From: Lingula anatina
Taxonomy: Eukaryota; Animalia; Brachiopoda
Reading direction: 5' to 3'
Assembly: GCA_051362555.1 (NCBI GenBank)
Contig: CM120641.1
Coordinates: 45,576,401-45,640,400, forward strand
Length of the DNA: 64,000 nucleotides
Below, one piece after another: positions 53,520 to 64,000 of this stretch. Position 1 is the stretch's first letter. Each line of letters starts with the position of its first letter. The position numbers and the translations under genes were made by a program. Below the pieces are notes generated by a model, which saw nothing but the letters and a program-made list of their open reading frames with translations, ran no database searches and was not told the origin of the DNA.

Positions 53520-55363
53520 TCCAGCTCGCGGTGACACATCTGTCGTTCACAAGCTGCCAGACACAACATGGCGACCCTGTCCCTGTACCCAATGTAACCT
53601 TTTCCAGTCGAAACCATAACAAACGCTTTGCACCGTGACAAATTCACGGGACATCGAACAACCGCAACGCTATCCTGTTGATAGACAAGACATGTAACCT
53701 GCTGTCAACTTTGGTCTAAGGAACCGTTTATGATGCCATAACATCGTATATCTCAACAATTGTGCCCTCACTCGAAACCTTAATGGCACATTCCTTTGTT
53801 TTATATTAAACCTAATCATTTAATCATTGGTAAAGTAAAGTAAATATTGATGCTAAATCAGTGAGATATGATGTATGGATTTTCTACTTGGGTAAGCAAA
53901 CACCAAAGAGAATCTACAACTCATTTCGAAAACATGGGCGAAAAAAAGAATTTTTGTACCATTAATTCCAAAACTTTTCAGTCAAAGTAGTTTGAAATGA
54001 TAATAATATATTGAATTATAATAGAGTTAGCTTATTTTCTCTGAACTGTGTTTTAAAATAACACCTTTTAACATCAAGTTAAAGAAACATAAAATAAAAA
54101 AGTTTTACAAAAATAGTGAAATATAATACACGTGAGTCGTAGTTTCCAATGTATTAATACACTTTTTATAATGACAGCCGTAAAACATCAAAACCGGCGG
54201 CATCACCAGTTGTCACATCGACAATTGCTGGAGATTTCAATAAACGTCAATGTCGTCTACCTCAAGCCCTCCTAAGGTGAAAGACGTAAGCATAGATGCT
54301 GCCCATTAATCGATTATATTTTTGACCAGTTATATTTTCAGAGGTTCAAAGCGTTATCCCGCGTGTTTCATAACATTGTCTGTAGTATACTTAAAGAGGA
54401 ATGGTGAACCTAAGCAGACGATATTTCCCAACGCCTCTTCTATCACGGCCAGGGGTTAAACATCCACCCATCCTTCACTCCCTCCTTCCATCTGCTGGTC
54501 TGACCTCATCTCGAACTTTATATCTGTTTCTCTCATGTTAATTTGTGTGTTTTTTCTCGTGGGTGAGAGAGATTGTATGCATTTCTCTCTGTTCCAATTT
54601 GTAACAGATACGACAAAGAGGAATGGCCACACGTGGGGAGGGATAGGGAGTAATAACCATTTGATGATGGAAACCTGAAAATTAAACCCCGCTGCTTCAG
54701 GAATAAAACACATGCCAAGTATCGTGCTTCTTTTGCCAGTTGCCTGTTGCTCGGTAACAGAATCCAAGCCTAATATTTCTGGAAGCGTATGGCATCCCCC
54801 AACACAAGATAGCATCCGTCTCTTTAGTCACTTCTGCCTTATCATGAGGGGGAGATTCCAACTCCCCCTCGGTATGATAATTGTTTTGACATTCCTCAAA
54901 CTTAAGAAAAAATAAAAATATCTGGAATGGCATATGCATGCGCGTGATTTTCATTTCTCCATATTCGTCATCTGACAATCAGTCGATCACTGTCAGAAAC
55001 CAATACCAAGCTGAGTGTTCATTAGGAACAAAAGCACTAACTGCATTTGTTTAACAATTGTTAATGCTGCTGCTAATTGGCCAGATTAGCCAGCAATTAG
55101 CCACTCTTTACAACAGCCGGTGCACCGGAACCTGTGTGGCTTTCATAGTGCCATATGTAAGGTCGTAACTAGGTCAAATAATTAATTAATCAAGCGTCTC
55201 CAATCAGGATGCCCTGTAGCGTAAAGAATAGTACTCGACTGTAGATATATATTTAAGGTCACTCGCAGGCGTTCACACGAACCCAAGGCAGCAGTCTTCT
55301 GGGACCTGCCCCGTTTATCAAACCCGTTATTAATGATATAATGATTAAAAATAAACATCTTAC

Positions 55364-55584
55364 CTTTGGATACTTGTGTCGTCTGCTCCTTCGGGAGAGA
55401 TTTGGAACTGTCTCCAACTGATGACTGCTGCGACGGCAAGGAGTGTGTCGGCAGCTCCAGGTTGCCCTACGAAAGCCTTTACCTGTGCGCCTCCTAGTCG
55501 AGCCAGCTGATGCCAGGGTGTATGGTGAACTCCGCTACCTGCACACGCCGTCACAGACTCGGGCCTCGTGCACAGTCTCCCACT
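55364..55584 (-). other. Candidate distal first exon of NR4A
   Basis: GC-rich, AUG-free segment downstream of TATA-like 55603-55609 and Inr-like TTAGT (~55584), ending in strong donor AAG|gtaaga at 55364; adjacent to a CRE-dense promoter. Confidence 0.55.
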
Positions 55585-55599
55585 AAATTGGAGCATCGC

Positions 55600-56210
55600 A
55601 AGTATATATTTCTTAACCATCGTAAGTCGGGTCCTGGGGAACAGCCTCTGACGTCACGGTATACACGAATAACGTCACTCCATTTCAATGTACATTCCAA
55701 GTAATTAGTAGCGTAGTAACGGGCCTTCTGATTGGCTGGGATTTAATTTGAACCATGGTTGGTTAATATTCCATATCGTCAATGGCTGGCCGTCTTACTT
55801 CTGTAACGTCAGGCCCCCGATGACGAAGTTAGCCGAGCTATAGATAGAACAAATAAGAAAAGCAATATTAGCACATCATATTGCCCGCACTTCGCCAGTC
55901 GAACTCCTCGAACAATGGAATGCGAGTGGTGCTTATCATAACTTGCCTATTGTAATATGCTACAGAGCAGTACGGCAAGTACGTCAATAAATTGATTTTC
56001 GTAAGGATGGATACTATATATAGAGAATACGCTCAATTAATGGTTTAAATAAAGTCTGTTATTGACATAAACCGTTCTTGAGTCGTGTTTAACATGGGAT
56101 TGGGTCACCAGCCTTATAAGGAGTTAATCTCCGGGGATAAGAGGGGGTCGGGCGGTGCCGTTTGGGAACATTGCTTTGGGTCGGTTCCAATAGAAAGGCA
56201 ATGACGTCTT
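55600..56210 (-). promoter_or_regulatory. Candidate immediate-early promoter of NR4A
   Basis: TGACGTCA 55649-55656; TAACGTCA 55670-55677 and 55804-55811; half-CREs ~55776, 55821, 55980, 56202; AGCCAATCAG(-) 55728-55737; MEF2 CTATATATAG 56014-56023 and near-match 55838-55847; CArG CCTTATAAGG 56112-56121. Confidence 0.65.
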
Positions 56211-58054
56211 ATCTGGCTATGAGGAACCTAGGATAACAAGCCAATACCCGGACGTTGCATGTAACCAGAAAGGCCTGGCTCAGGCCGCTCGTGTCCCCAG
56301 CTAAACTCTGGATTTCTCCCAGGTGGAGTTAGCAGGGCTTGCGGAACGCCCGGGGTTTTTACAAACAACGGTAAATTTCAAGCCGCCATGAATGAATAAA
56401 TGTATAAATCTGTGGAATGCGCTTCGCGGGCACGTAGTGTTTACAAATCGAATTATGGTCTCTGTGTAAACAAAGGCATCATCCGCGTAACTCATAACTT
56501 ATCTCAGCACGGTCTGTTTTAGTTGTAAAAAAGGATTCTGTCCAGTTGAGCCAAGATGACCGGTGCTTCCATTTAACATATATTTGGCGCTGTGTTTTAT
56601 GTGTCGGTTTTATTAGCCATTGGGTCGCATGGGACTTGGAAAAAAAAAAAAGATTGCTGCAACTCCCTCTACACGACAAAATAAGCTTTTGACATCGTTG
56701 AACTGAGCTATTGATCGATCCAAAGAAAATTCAGTTTACTTTTGGTACAGGTTGTTGAATATTACTGAAATCGTATTTCCATCTAAAGAGAACCACGTGA
56801 GCCTGAACAAAGTATTGGATCAAGAGTCGTGAACGGTAGAGAATTTATTAGTGCTTGAGTGACAATAGATCGTGATAGAGTTACAAGTTTAAAACAGAGA
56901 AGAAAGTAGAAAATAAAACATATTCAAATATCAATAAGAAATTTGAATCCACAAGGACTCGGCTGTAATACTTCTATAATGCGACATCAAAATAATGAAA
57001 AAGAAAAAAATCTAATCTAATAAAAAAGCAATTGCCAATTCCAACTGTTCTCAAACCTTTGTCTAACAAGAAACAAATCGTTTCCTTTCGCCCTAGCACG
57101 TAGCATAACTAGAATCACATTGTTATTACGGCTGTACATAACTTGAAACAAAATAAAACACAAAAACAGCTCAAAGAGCAAATATGTGCACTTGGTTAAC
57201 TGAAATGAGAGGGGCCGTGGAAGTATGTATGCGAAGAAAAAAAAAGAGTGCTCTTGCCGCAGGCAGGATCAGAACAAAACCTCTGGCTATGGCACACACA
57301 CCTAGAACAAATCTTTCCGGATATACCTGCATCCGCGTTAAAGTATATATATAAATCACCCTATGTTCTATGTATTTATATTCTAGTAAATCACTCTATC
57401 TAAATGTTTACACAGGTGAGGAAGATTTATATCAATAACGATCAATTCGGCAGACGCGGGGAATTCTTTTCTACAGCCATTGCCAAAGTTATCCAATTAA
57501 CGCACCTTGTTTATGGCCCTCTCTGTGTTAGGGAAATCTCGTCTTCTTGGAGTTCTAAAAACTGATAAAATGCGTCGGATGTTAAGAGGTTACTGGACGC
57601 CAGAGATACTGGATAAGGGTGTTCTGAACGTAATGGTCTCATGGGCATGAGATAGATGTCAAGAACCAATCAGTTACGTGGCTGTGATATATGGTGTGAA
57701 GCACTGCGGGGTTGAACGCATTTGATACGAACCAGCTAAGATGAAACGATTATAAGTTTTCAAGTTTCCGCGAAAAAACACCGAGAAACCCACACAGTCC
57801 CAGTCCAGAGTTCCAGGCTAAAATTAACCCCCAGTAATTGCTGGGAATCGCTTCTCAAACACAAACGACTCGAGTTCATAACATGACTATCATAAAACAT
57901 TCTCGCAGCCATTAGTTTTCATTAAGCTCGTTTCGCGATGTTTTTTCCTCCCTGTACTCAATAGTGAAGCCAGGCGCGATCTAAGACCTCCAACACCTGG
58001 GAAGTACATCTGTTTGGGAGCAGATCTGGTTACAGCCCTTTCCTCTCGGGCCAA

Positions 58055-58240
58055 AGCCTATTAATAGGCTGTTTTAATGGTTTGTAGGAACCTAATTAAA
58101 AAACGAGCTAAAACAAGTAAGCCAAGACTCGTTGGAAATAAGCCTTGCATAATTATGGTTCTCCTTCACGTGCGTGAGCCGAAAACGGAACGAGGGTCTA
58201 AGGCGCTACATATGACGCTGACGTCACACATCGACGTCGC
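58055..58240. promoter_or_regulatory. Candidate upstream MEF2+CRE enhancer
   Basis: Palindrome AGCCTATTAATAGGCT 58055-58070 (MEF2 CTA(A/T)4TAG); TGACGC-TGACGTCA 58213-58226. Confidence 0.5.
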
Positions 58241-59229
58241 CGCCGAGATCCCGGGTGCAGGGATTCAGTGGCCTTGAGAGGGGAGGTAATGAAGGAGGTC
58301 GTGACAAAATGTTTATTTGCATGCGACAGGGACGAAATCAATAATCTACCTGGCCATAATCACGTATTTTCATTCTTTGGCACGATTTCAATTTACGGCT
58401 AACTTGCGGTTTTTGAGGACAACGCGACTATGGCGGCGAGCAAGGGTCTTTTTTTAGATGTTTTCATTTAGTCAGTTCGAAATTAAGGTGAAAAAGTACA
58501 GTGTAGAGTGTACTTATATGCATTTTTAAAACTTACAGGCTTACAGTTGATGATGGGGAGGAGAAAGAGGAACGGAAGTTGGGGGAGAAAGATAAAATCT
58601 TGACTGATTTTTTTAATTGTAGAAGTAACTCATCATGTGTTTTATACTTTATCTTGACTTTTAAAAGAATTGACAAATAGGCTAAGTGAGTTGGAAGCCA
58701 AAGAAAGGAGCTTGAACGAGCTAAACCCTTAAGATCTTCATATAAACTGTAACATGATGTAGTAAAAAAAAGACATTGCGCAACATAAACAGTGGAAATC
58801 GCAACAATTTTCGAAAATAACCAGCCTTCAGTTATATAGATATACAATAGATAAACAATATATAGATAAACAATATATTGAACAAATACAGAACACTCAT
58901 TTGCATATGATTATAACTGATGTTCGTGCATCAAAAATTTGGCGGATAGATACAACAGAACTAATCGTTCGGGCATCTGCTTACCATGACCAACGCCGCA
59001 TAATGGTAGTTTTCTGACATCAGTTTTCTGAGATTTTTTAAGCTGGATTGATGGCCGTCGTTTCGAATCTAGCCTTGATTTTATTAATGATATTTATATA
59101 TATTTTTGCGATATAATCATCTAATTTCAGTTCAAGTTATGCGTGACAAATTTCTTTGTGAATCATTGAAATCCACAAGTATTTACACACAAGAGGCATG
59201 CACCATTATAAATACAATTCCCCTTCAAC

Positions 59230-59274
59230 TGACCCTAATTTGACCTTGCTATGGTCTTGACCCTATCTTGACTT
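59230..59274 (-). promoter_or_regulatory. Paired DR5-like nuclear-receptor elements
   Basis: TGACCCtaattTGACCT 59230-59246 and TGACCCtatctTGACTT 59258-59274 on the plus strand. Confidence 0.45.
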
Positions 59275-60923
59275 AATTTCACAATCATTTCGAATGTGTT
59301 GCAAACGTATTAAGGAGTAAAAGAGGCTTTCGAATTGTCAGCTTCAAGTACCTCCATACACGACATTAATTGCACACACTCGCAATCGAGTGCTCGTAAC
59401 CTATTATTATACATCCTAATGCATTACGATTTTGCCTGTTTTCTGTGATCAAGTCACCACTTGAAAGAGATAAACAGTGTTAAACCGAAATTGTTTAGTT
59501 CATGATTTTTAATTCCTAAAAACATTAAAACAGGACTCTACAAACCGAGTGGTCGTCTTACAAAAGGCAACACAAAGGGGCGTTACAGCAGAAAATGCTT
59601 AATAATTGTAGCAACTCCTCTTTGATAAGCTGACAGGCCAGGGGCAACATAAAGAATCAATTTTCTGTCTAACAATATGAAAATTAAAGGACAAGTTAAT
59701 TGTTATCAAACTGTGATTCAAAAGTGATTCAAATGTTCACTTTTTGGTGGAATGACCCAGCTAAGATATGTATGATTAACATTCTAATCACCTACATGTC
59801 TCTTTAAAAAAGTCAAAACTAAATACTATTTCAAGGTGAAATATTAATTTCGTGGATCTGGGTGCCTTGTTGCATTTTAGGTTTGAAAATAGGGTTTGGC
59901 AATGCTTACCCAAAGCAATAAACTACGGTAGAGCAGTCAAATTGTATAAAAGCTCTTTGTTTTATAGACAGAAAACAAAATCAATTGAATGTTTTTATTG
60001 TCTTATGTAGCAGTGACTTTTCTACATATACTTTCCAATGTAACAGTACGTCGAAGACAAATAAGTGACACAAACACACGCACATTGTTTTCCATAGTCG
60101 CATGTATCCTTACACCAGCTGCGAGCGGAAATATTAATCTATAGACGAAGTTGATAAAATTCCTAGATTTGTCACACTAGCACATTTGGAGATAGTCGTG
60201 GGTGAAGGCAGCATGCGATTTCCCAGAAAGCTTTGATTGTCGTAAAATACAACGAGGCAGTGTGCGTAAGAAAGGAGTAGCATTGCAAGGAGTGCATTTT
60301 TAAAAATAAAATATTTTAATTGTTGAGGTTTAACCATGCTTTGTCCATGGGAGTGGTCTCCACCCATTCAAAGCACTGCATTCAAGTGTTTTGATATCTG
60401 AGGGTGTCCAATCCCTTCCCATTGAGGTCTTTTCGTGTCGTGTCTTTCGTTGATAGCTTACCTGCTTTGAAAACTTGACGATCGACATGCATATAGCACT
60501 ACTTATTTACAGTTCTCGATTTAAACATGAGCCCCATTCACAAACCCGCACACGCACACATGTACGCTCATGCACAAATACACACACACACACACACACA
60601 CACACGCAGACACACAAGTATCATGAACAAAAATTAACCCCCTCGCCACATCTTTGAACATAGTCACAAATTTCTTTTGAAATCCATTGCTTATTAGGAC
60701 TACATACGTGTATCAGATGATAAGACTGATGAAAAACTCACTGTGATGAGCTGTATACGCCTTTAATATACCTAATATGTAATGAAGGATCTTATCGTCA
60801 TCGCATTGGGAAGATTACAACTATCATAATTTATCTTTTACAAATCTTTAATCATATTTCACAAGTTATTTAAGTCTGTTTTGTTGCAGAAAAATTAGTT
60901 TGTGACAAAAAAAGATGAACTAA

Positions 60924-60954
<31 letters not shown>

Positions 60955-62047
60955 AGAGAGAGAGAGAAAGAGATGCACGCAATCGTTTGGAAAGTTGAGA
61001 AGGGTAAGTTAACTCTAGATTAAGAAACCAGGGTAATTACATACTTTTCTTTAAAAACCTTTGTTAAAACCGTCGATGAGATATTTGTAAACATTAGTCC
61101 TTCCCTCAGATATACTTTTCATGCTATATCTCTCACGGAATCAAAAAAAAAAAAATACTTTTTAACGGCAATGGTAGGCTATATTGCTCTGGAGATCAAG
61201 CGAGAAAGGGGAACACGCGTACTCTTGGAGACTCCTAACCAGTCTGTTAAATTGTACAATGTTGCCGGTGGTGATATTCTAACTAGAAACTAAATGGCCT
61301 TGGCGCTTAATGGAGAGATTGTATGACCGAATAGTCGTTAAGATGGGTTGGTTTAAAACATATGCGAGAATAGCAGACGAAAGATGCCTTCTGTTGGTTT
61401 TCTGTAGTTCGTTGCACGCAACATGTCTGATGTGGTTCTAGGTATATGGGAATCCTTATCAACCGCCTCTTCTGCTTACTGTAAAACTCTACGTGTTGCT
61501 ATAATAACAGTACTCATATTAACAAAATTAAGACCGTTGCTTCGACACGTTTAAGTGGCCCATGGGTCGATTGCAATGGACGCCGATACGTCTTAGTTCT
61601 TATGTCGCCCACAAACATTACGTTTGAGACGGTGAGCTAAGAAAAGCGGTTCTAAATAAAGAAAATTATGAAAAAATGGAAAACTAAAGGGTAGTTTGAC
61701 AGGCTGATATTGCAAAACCTCCGAGTAGAGAGAAACAAGATAAAGCGGAGATAAACAATCATATCTACACCGTGTTCAACACACATTCAGCTGCTCATGG
61801 CGTCAAGAAAAGACACCTCGTTTGCGGTTCCACATTGTAACATTCGACGTGGCATTTGGGGTTGGCTGAGCAACTATCCGTGCACTTTGGTGGAAAGAGA
61901 GGCATTTGATCAGCGGCTTGCAGAAATGAGAGCCGCTTTGCTGCCGGGCATTCTCTTCGCCTCTTCCCCCGCGTGCCTCGCGCCCCTGACAAGTCGCCCC
62001 CCTCTGCGCTGTCATTCAGACCTGACTTAAAGTATGTCCAGTAATAC

Positions 62048-62160
62048 ACACCAAGATACGGACAAAACGAAATATTTCGTGCTTGACCAGACCATCCCGC
62101 GATAGACACCAAGATGTGTGGAGAGAACGAGATATTTCGTGCTTGACCATCACGCGATAG
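62048..62160. repeat. Imperfect ~58-bp tandem duplication
   Basis: acaccaagat...aacga(a/g)atatttcgtgcttgacca...gcgatag at 62048 and 62106. Confidence 0.8.
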
Positions 62161-62781
62161 GCAGACCGGGTGCTGACCCTGGCGTCCACTTTCATAATCT
62201 CAGTCACTTTATTTCCAGATTTAACTTCTGTGCCCTTCTTTGCATATAGGCCACTCCTGTTTTCACTCCATTTGCAATTATATTTTTTATCTCATAAACA
62301 CTTTATATTTATAGGCCCATTTAAATTATCTAAATTCTGATTTTAATGGACAGTCACTTGCTTTGCGTGTTTTACACGCTGTCAGTTTTGACATCTTGTA
62401 TACATGTATGCACAAATTGTCAAGGCTTTAAGATTCACAGGTGCACCTGCACAACTGCCGCCCATACTCACACGGCATACTAATCAAAAACTTCTACTCT
62501 TTCGTTAACCGATCATCACAGATCATATTAAAACTGACGCTCTCTGCATGAGGCCTCTTTTAAGATCCCGCCTCCTAGACTTAAGTATAGGCTTAATGAG
62601 GCTCTGGAAACAGTTATCTCTCAAGTATTCCTAGTACAATTACAGCGTGTTCTCTTTTAGTACATGTCTCTACTTCACTTGATTATTATTTTTTCGATGG
62701 TAATTGATCCAGTGGAGGTGCTACTTTTTTTCTTTCAAATAAATCTCTAAAGGATGTCTGTGTGAGTGTGCGTTCTTTGCA

Positions 62782-62835
<54 letters not shown>

Positions 62836-62917
62836 CAGAGAGGGGGAAGGAGAGAGAAAAAGAAATAGAGAGAGAGAGAGAGAGATGAAAGAGGAAGAGA
62901 AAAGAAAGCCAGCGGGG

Positions 62918-62960
<43 letters not shown>
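62782..62960. repeat. (GT)n followed by a long (GA)n polypurine tract
   Basis: Direct reading. Confidence 0.95.
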
Positions 62961-62966
<6 letters not shown>

Positions 62967-64000
62967 TGCTTCATGCTTCAGGAGTGAAATCGTTTGAAAG
63001 GCAAACGGTGCGCTCACTTGCACCACACAACCCGTCCAAAAAACTTTATCTCATACAGTTTTCTTTTCTTCCATCCAAATCGCTGTCAAAACACAAAATA
63101 TGACAGTCTAGTTTGAAACAACAAGGGCAAAGATCGTTGGCACTGACACAATAACGATTGAGATGCGGCTGTGTCTTTCTCCAAGTTGCAGAACCAGATG
63201 ATAGCAGACTGTGTCCTCTGCAAACACTGGAAGAATTCAGAAACTGCACCTTGAGTGGCACAGCCTTCGGCATTCACTATCTATTTCACCTGCACAATTC
63301 CACCTCTATTCAACTTCAATAATCACTAAAGAAAATTTGTGTTGAATTCTTACTACAGTTAGAGCTGCCAATTCTGTGGCTTTTCGTCTATTGACACTCA
63401 TTTTTTACAGTAAATGCCTGTTGGTTTGATGTTACTGTATTGTTACTCTATTAATAACGGGCTAAACAAAAGATGAGAAATAAAAAAATTGGCAATTCTT
63501 GAGAACGGGAAGGGCAATTTCATTTGAACACTCTTTGTACTAAAGTACAAAATACTTACATATAAATATAGGCACCGTGACTTTATCGGAATATTTATTA
63601 CATCATAGTTCTTTTGGCCATACCTTCCCAAACACATACATGTTGGCATAGGACGTAATCTGCAACTTTATGACATGAATAACGCAAAGGAATCGGAGTT
63701 GCAAATATAGATAATTAGAGCATTTAAAAGGGGAAAATATACCCAAAATTCTTACATTTAATCAATATTCACGGCCGTAAGTCATTTGTGACCTCGAATG
63801 ATCCGTGTCATGTCAGATTCCAGGTAACAACAGAGAGATCGCTGAAAATGACGACTTTCTAAAATCAAACATGAGTAATGATGACGTACCCACAAAAGTT
63901 ACTCCAAGCCTTAATCAATAACTAAACACATGCTTTTTTCTTTTGGTGTCTTTTAAGTCACATTTTCTTTGAATGAGGGCACAGGTGTTGACGCAGTCCC

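Noticed and set aside
54456-54978. Cluster of 60-120-aa ORFs
   Set aside because: No homology, no consistent splice pattern, alternative starts; likely random.
62686-63103. ORFs rich in SL/RE/HT repeats (also 8075, 8522, 13559, 22078, 48452)
   Set aside because: Translations of microsatellites.
29100-64000. Perfect NBRE (AAAGGTCA) autoregulatory site, tRNA/rRNA genes, intact transposase or reverse transcriptase
   Set aside because: None noticed on manual reading (only near matches such as TAAGGTCA and CAAGGTCA); a computational scan is needed to exclude them.

Overview
Eukaryotic, intron-rich animal DNA (invertebrate bilaterian, probably a lophotrochozoan such as a mollusc; taxon is an inference). 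Four genes were reconstructed by hand from GT-AG boundaries and frame continuity. (1) The first coding exon of MCCC2 (minus, 197-69) sits head-to-head with (2) a complete 13-exon fumarylacetoacetase gene FAH (plus, 535-6540, 418 aa) across a ~340-bp gap holding NRF1 and ETS motifs. (3) A 5-exon, 240-aa four-transmembrane CD20/MS4A-like gene (plus, 10409-12426) that the ORF track shows only as fragments. (4) A complete NR4A/HR38 orphan nuclear receptor (minus, coding 28795-16586, 681 aa from MMLLLQAQ). The remaining ~35 kb has no convincing coding gene and looks like NR4A 5' regulatory territory. It holds a candidate immediate-early promoter at ~55.6-56.2 kb (CREs, CCAAT, MEF2, SRF CArG), several candidate alternative first exons that could give AUG- or CUG-initiated N-terminal extensions, and clean nuclear-receptor elements (IR1, tandem DR4-DR4, paired DR5). 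No prokaryotic systems, CRISPR arrays, rRNA or tRNA were seen. Comparisons to human or fly proteins are from memory and need alignment.
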